From Candidatus Coproplasma sp. (lineage in GTDB: Bacteria; Bacillota; Clostridia; Christensenellales; Borkfalkiaceae): DNA of 64,000 bases. The stretch is from the NCBI GenBank assembly GCA_051884175.1, contig JBJEVD010000054.1:2294-66293 (forward strand), written 5' to 3'. The translations under genes were made by a program, and so were the position numbers. Positions 62,270 to 64,000 of the stretch are shown piece after piece (within the stretch, counting starts at the first letter, position 1; the number at the start of each line of letters is the position of its first letter). Under the pieces are notes generated by a model, which saw only the letters and a program-made list of their open reading frames with translations, ran no database searches and was not told the DNA's origin.

Positions 62270-62884
62270 TTACTTCTCAACCGTAACCTTTACGAAATCT
62301 TCCTTGCCGTGTTTGCACAAAGGGCAGATAAAGTCGTCGGGCAGTTCCTCGCCCTCGTATTCGTAACCGCAGACAGAACATCTCCAAACCGTTTTAGTCG
62401 CCTTTTGGGGTTGAGGTTTTATTGAGGAGTGGTAGTAGGCATAGGTTGCAGAGGGGTCTTTTGTCAAAGTCTGTCCGTCGATAACCTCTGCAATAAACAG
62501 GGTGTGGGTGGGGAAGTCTACGGTGTTTATAACCTTTGCACACATATATGCGTTTGTACCCTCGGTTATATAGTAAAGCCCGTTGTTCGCCCTCTTAGCC
62601 TGAGAGTAATCTGCAAATTTGTTTGCATTTGCTCCGCTCTGGAAGCCGAACCTTTTAAAGAGTTCAAAGTCGGCTTTTTGAGAGATGACGCTTACGCAGA
62701 ACTCACCCGTTCTCATAATCATTCCGTGGGTATAATTTGCCTTGTTAACCGCCAGCGTTATGACGTTTGGCGTCGTTGTAACCTGTTGAACGGTGTTGGT
62801 TATGCAGCCGTTATCAACCCCGTTTTCTTTTGCCGTAACCACAAAAAGTCCGTAGGTTAAAGCTCTCATACAAGAATTATCCAT
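62270..62884 (-). CDS. Flavin reductase domain fused to a C-terminal rubredoxin (high-molecular-weight rubredoxin, Hrb-like)
   Basis: The N-terminus is a flavin-reductase-like FMN-binding fold. The C-terminus WRCSVCGYEY...CPLCKHGKEDF is a rubredoxin. Confidence 0.8.
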   Translation of the reverse strand: MDNSCMRALTYGLFVVTAKENGVDNGCITNTVQQVTTTPNVITLAVNKANYTHGMIMRTGEFCVSVISQKADFELFKRFGFQSGANANKFADYSQAKRANNGLYYITEGTNAYMCAKVINTVDFPTHTLFIAEVIDGQTLTKDPSATYAYYHSSIKPQPQKATKTVWRCSVCGYEYEGEELPDDFICPLCKHGKEDFVKVTVEK

Positions 62885-62901
62885 AATATATATCTCCTAT
62901 T

Positions 62902-63738
62902 TTAATCTCTTAATTTCCTCGTTGATGCAATGTGGTGAAGAGAGTCGAGGTGCGCCATATCCTCGCTTGAGATGGCAAAGTCTAAATCGGTGTTGTCAAA
63001 AATTCTCTCCTTGTGCGTACTCTTAGGCAGGGGCAGAACACCCTTCTGCAGACAGTAGCGCAGGCAGATTTTCGCAACGCTCTTGCCGTATTTGTTTGCA
63101 ATTGCGTCAAGCGTTCCGTTCTGTAACAACTCACCCGTAGCGAGGGGGGAGTACGCTTCGATTAATATACCTTCTTTTTTGCAGTATTCGCTGACTCTCT
63201 CCTGGGTATTACCCACGAAATAGCGTATCTGGTTGACCATAGGCTTTACACCCGTCGCTTTGATAAGCGGTTCAATATTTTCAGGGTGGAAGTTGGAAAC
63301 GCCGATAGCTTTTACTTTTCCGCTTTTGTATAGCTCGCAAAAAGCCTTCCAGACTTCTATATTTCCCTCGGTGCAGTCCATGCCAACGTCGCTCCACGGC
63401 CAGGGCGCGTGAATGAGGTAGAGGTCTATATATGCCGTGTCTAACGCCTTTAAAGAGCTTTCAAAATGTTCCATTGCTCCTTGATAGGTCTTAATTTCCG
63501 CAGGCAGTTTGGTAACGATAAAAATTTCCTCCCTTGCAATACCGCTGTCGGCAATTGCCTTGCCCACGCTCTCTTCATTGCCGTAGGCATAAGCAGTGTC
63601 AATGTGTCTATAACCTGCTTCAAGTGCCCATTTAACCGAATTGTAAGCTTCTTCTCCGCTCTTGGTCTGCCAGGTACCAAAGCCCACTTTAGGTATTTTT
63701 ACCCCGTTTGAAAGGGTATAAGTATCATTAATTATCAT
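62902..63738 (-). CDS. Aldo/keto reductase (YvgN/DkgA-like)
   Basis: GYRHIDTAYAYGNE, LYLIHAPWP and GVSNF motifs are present. Confidence 0.9.
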   Translation of the reverse strand: MIINDTYTLSNGVKIPKVGFGTWQTKSGEEAYNSVKWALEAGYRHIDTAYAYGNEESVGKAIADSGIAREEIFIVTKLPAEIKTYQGAMEHFESSLKALDTAYIDLYLIHAPWPWSDVGMDCTEGNIEVWKAFCELYKSGKVKAIGVSNFHPENIEPLIKATGVKPMVNQIRYFVGNTQERVSEYCKKEGILIEAYSPLATGELLQNGTLDAIANKYGKSVAKICLRYCLQKGVLPLPKSTHKERIFDNTDLDFAISSEDMAHLDSLHHIASTRKLRD

Positions 63739-63819
63739 CTGTTTCTCCTTGCAAAGCTTTAATTAATTATACCACGTTTTTAAACCTTTTCAACCCCTTT
63801 AAGGAAAAATAATTAAATA

Positions 63820-63848
63820 TTGACATTGCTTCTAAAAAGTAGTAATAT
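63820..63848 (+). promoter_or_regulatory. Sigma-A-type promoter for a gene running off the window
   Basis: TTGACA, a 17-nt spacer, then TAATAT. Confidence 0.5.
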
Positions 63849-63869
63849 ATAGGGCAGAGGTGTTGCACT

Positions 63870-64000
63870 ATGAAAGATGAAGAACAGCTTAAATGTAGCG
63901 AGGAGCAAAAAGAGGATAGGGGGCAGGTTGTACAAATTAGTATGCTCTGCGCAACGGTCATTGCACTGCTTTGCGAGGTTTTTAACCTTGTTGAAGTCAT
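63870..64000 (+). CDS. N-terminal fragment of an unknown protein (continues beyond the window)
   Basis: AGAGGTG lies 8 nt upstream of the ATG at 63870. The frame is open to the window end (MKDEEQLKCSEEQKEDRGQVVQISMLCATVIALLCEVFNLVEV...). It is preferred over the opposite-strand ORF at 63767-64000 because it has a promoter and an RBS. Confidence 0.3.
   Translation, partial: MKDEEQLKCSEEQKEDRGQVVQISMLCATVIALLCEVFNLVEV

Noticed and set aside
63767-64000. A 77-aa minus-strand ORF at the window end.
   Set aside because: It is low-complexity and Ser/Cys/Leu-rich, has no RBS context visible, and lies antisense to a plus-strand ORF that does have a TTGACA-17-TAATAT promoter and an RBS. Neither ORF is certain.
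1-64000. Prophage, integrative element, transposon, defence island or CRISPR-Cas content.
   Set aside because: No integrase, transposase, recombinase, phage structural, restriction-modification or cas-like translation was seen in any frame. Apart from the zinc-ribbon gene at 29480-30436, composition looks uniform. The gene content is housekeeping with conserved local synteny (pth-mfd, uvrB-uvrA, lspA-rluD, der-plsY).

Overview
This window looks like a core chromosomal segment of an endospore-forming Bacillota (Clostridia-like) genome. It has moderate GC content and is densely packed with housekeeping genes on both strands.

Recognisable content, in order:
- spoIIGA (5'-truncated), sigE, sigG and a convergent ylmC/ymxH-like gene
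- cvpA, class I fumarase alpha and beta subunits, a CPBP protease, rlmH, an M14 peptidase and tadA
- prs, pth, mfd, a large lipoprotein and uppP
- a Bacillus-type SRP RNA, which an ORF track cannot show
- mrp/apbC, a DUF975 protein, and a small membrane gene divergent from an XRE regulator
- a radical-SAM/DUF4130 putative DNA-repair pair and an OmpR-type two-component system
- tcdA, uvrB, uvrA, two FAD oxidoreductases, ilvE, recX, birA and nnr
- a yybP-ykoY (Mn2+) riboswitch in front of a CaCA antiporter
- a solitary mazF, lspA, rluD, der and plsY
- a polar amino-acid ABC transporter, an aconitase-family hydratase, and a TM1266-like ACT protein followed by a NitT/TauT-type ABC transporter
- ychF, argS, a HAD phosphatase, a reverse rubrerythrin, a YihY protein, two tandem degV genes, ridA-ilvA, an Hrb-type flavin-reductase/rubredoxin fusion and an aldo-keto reductase

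I saw no integrase, transposase, phage gene, CRISPR array, tRNA or rRNA.

The most unusual item is a monocistronic gene at 57240-57713. It encodes a 157-aa protein that is about one quarter cysteine and is built from near-identical 51-bp (17-aa, GCNGCGCNSCGCNTWR[S/N]) tandem repeats. I cannot assign it to any named family.

Other items worth a second look:
- a roughly 190-bp two-hairpin intergenic element present twice (after rlmH and between uvrB and uvrA), with compensatory stem changes between the copies
- a stand-alone promoter-to-terminator structured RNA candidate at 29225-29452
- an unassigned leader that sequesters the Shine-Dalgarno sequence, upstream of the TM1266/ABC operon
- AAAC-N4-GTTT palindromes at the radical-SAM operon and at uvrB, a possible SOS-box variant
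- a mazF toxin with no room for an antitoxin gene

All calls come from reading the sequence and the supplied translations. No database search was run.
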